The notes below the pieces were generated by a model that did no database searches, was not told where the DNA came from, and saw nothing but the letters and a program-made list of their open reading frames with translations. From the NCBI GenBank assembly GCA_002633005.1, contig NMRA01000480.1, positions 62,001-126,000 on the forward strand: a stretch of 64,000 nt of DNA, written 5' to 3'. Made by a program: the position numbers and the translations under genes. This document shows, piece by piece, positions 62,425 through 64,000 of this stretch; positions within the stretch are counted from its first letter, which is position 1, and every line of letters starts with the position of its first letter. This DNA comes from Phoronis australis (lineage: Eukaryota; Animalia; Phoronida).

Positions 62425-63276
62425 CCGTAAACGTTCGGGTTAACGCCCTGGGAGGTTAAATTGGCAAACCCAAAAATTCAGAGATGGGCGTGAAATTTCC
62501 AGAAATCGTGGGTGAGTGGTTGACTGAACGTGGGCGCTTATTAAGACAGACAACTGCCCTAGGCAGTTAATGTTACCTCATGATCAGATTCAGAGTTCCA
62601 CACAACACACGTAGTCGGAACGCGTAGAGCTTTTCAAAGAGCTTTATCGTCAAGTCACCAAATCTTAATGTTGCTAATAATGTCATAACAGCGGATGATC
62701 CAATCAAATGCTTTTTGCGCTCAGGTCAGTCATTCACAGCTAAATTTACAAAATTGTTGAATAATATCCCCGTGCCGTCCTGCGATTTTATCAGAGCTGT
62801 AGTGCGCAGATGACCAGTGACAAAAACTTGGATTGCAACTATTCTCACGCGATGATGCTGCAGAAGTGCGTGTGTGCAAACTTCTCTTGTTGCAGAGGTC
62901 ACAGCAGACATCACATTTATGGTGCTCGCTGTCAAGTTCCGAGTCAGACCAGTTTTAAAATTAGATGTGATAAAAGTAATAAAAGTTGTTTGGGATGTTC
63001 ATGTTCGAGACTCGGTGACTTAGTGAGTGACATTTTCAACGTATGGTCCTGCGGCTAGCTGTTTTATCTCGAGCGCCCGGCGTTGCTCACTTCCAGTTGT
63101 GTGAAACATGCCACGCAAAGAAGAAGAGAGGGGGGGGGGCAAGTGGACATGAGCCAAAAGTTACCACAAAGACATTACTCAAAAACAAGCATTTCTAGTG
63201 TGCGCTTACAGTAGAGTCCGAGGAAAAAATTACTAGTTCGTACACGTATCTGCATTGGTAAAAATAATTTGTAGAT
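62425..63276. mobile_element. TIR element family J, copy 2, interrupted by an LTR
   Basis: TA|CCGTAAACGTTCGGGTTAACGCCCTGGG. Homology to 43614-44497 stops exactly at 63276. Confidence 0.85.
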
Positions 63277-64000
63277 TGTCACGTTTTTCCCCGTGTGTGG
63301 GTGGGCGCAGGTTGTTACAGACCGGTGCTAATAGCTTTCGGTGCGAAGATTGACTGAAGACTGGTTCGAGTTAATCCTTTATTAATCCCGACCGTACGTT
63401 CATAAGCCTACTCAAACAAAACGTCCGACGTAATGTCTGTTTATGCTCCAGCCAGTGCTGCGAAGCCTTGACTTGTGATGAACTTCTGAGACACATTCAG
63501 CAACTGTTACACTCGTCGATTCAATAACCTGCTGTCTCTATAGCTGGCTCTCTATTGACTATCGCTGTAACTGCTGATTCTCTTCACTGCAACTCAACTG
63601 TAGTTCTCCTGATTAACTTTCTTGAACTCACCGATTAACTGACTTGATCTCCGGACTTGATCTCCTTGGACTCAACTGACTTAATCTGCCTAACACAAAC
63701 CCTTGCTTGTGTATTTATAGCCTAATGCATTGTTCTGGAACTTTTCATCAATTCAAGCACATTCTAGAACTTTGCTGAATCTACCCAATCATTCTACAAA
63801 CATATACTAGTCTCTAGAATATTCCAGACTGCATTAATCACCGTCATGCTAGAGTCTTCCAGAAAGTTCACACTACTGTAGTAAACAAATTACATCATCA
63901 CTGTTCTGACCTCAGTCTTCTAGAAAGTTCCACACTATTTTGTAGTACAGAAATTACATCATCACTGTACTTAACTCAGGGGTCATGCCAATCAAACATA
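63277..64000 (-). mobile_element. LTR (3' or solo) of an LTR retrotransposon, runs off the window
   Basis: On the minus strand: HSE array, TATAAATA (63712-63719), AATAAA (63378-63383) and a terminal ...GTGACA at 63277 abutting the interrupted host element. Confidence 0.75.
63730..63931. promoter_or_regulatory. Heat-shock-element array in the LTR U3
   Basis: Perfect nTTCnnGAAnnTTCn at 63856-63870 and 63917-63931. Imperfect copies at about 63732-63746, 63761-63775 and 63811-63830. Confidence 0.7.

Noticed and set aside
51579-64000. Next SLC6 exon (TM4, expected W.L..CL..AW...YFC.WKG)
   Set aside because: No such motif was seen in the ORF track or by reading. It presumably lies beyond the window.

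Overview
AT-rich eukaryotic genomic DNA, most likely from a marine invertebrate (inferred from the repeat content, not proven). It is not prokaryotic, so the ORF track is mostly noise. The one host gene I can support is the 5' part of a + strand SLC6 (Na+/Cl- neurotransmitter:sodium symporter, GABA/taurine/creatine group) gene. Its coding exons are at 32390-32646, 33163-33294 and 51317-51578. A candidate in-frame first exon lies 28 kb upstream (4353-4408), and the remaining exons lie beyond the window. The introns are filled with nested mobile DNA: Tc2/pogo-type TA-flanked TIR elements (one family carries a HIRAN-like domain remnant), an internally deleted piggyBac, hAT- and Harbinger-type MITEs, Helentron/HINE-like modular repeats, a tRNA-derived SINE, a Gypsy gag remnant, a minus-strand LTR with a heat-shock-element array, Penelope-type minimal hammerhead motifs and many minisatellites. 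There is an 892-N gap and a probable haplotype-join duplication at the single N (6427). The best leads are the HIRAN-carrying TIR family, the HSE-driven antisense LTR and the hammerhead motifs. None is shown to be new without database searches.
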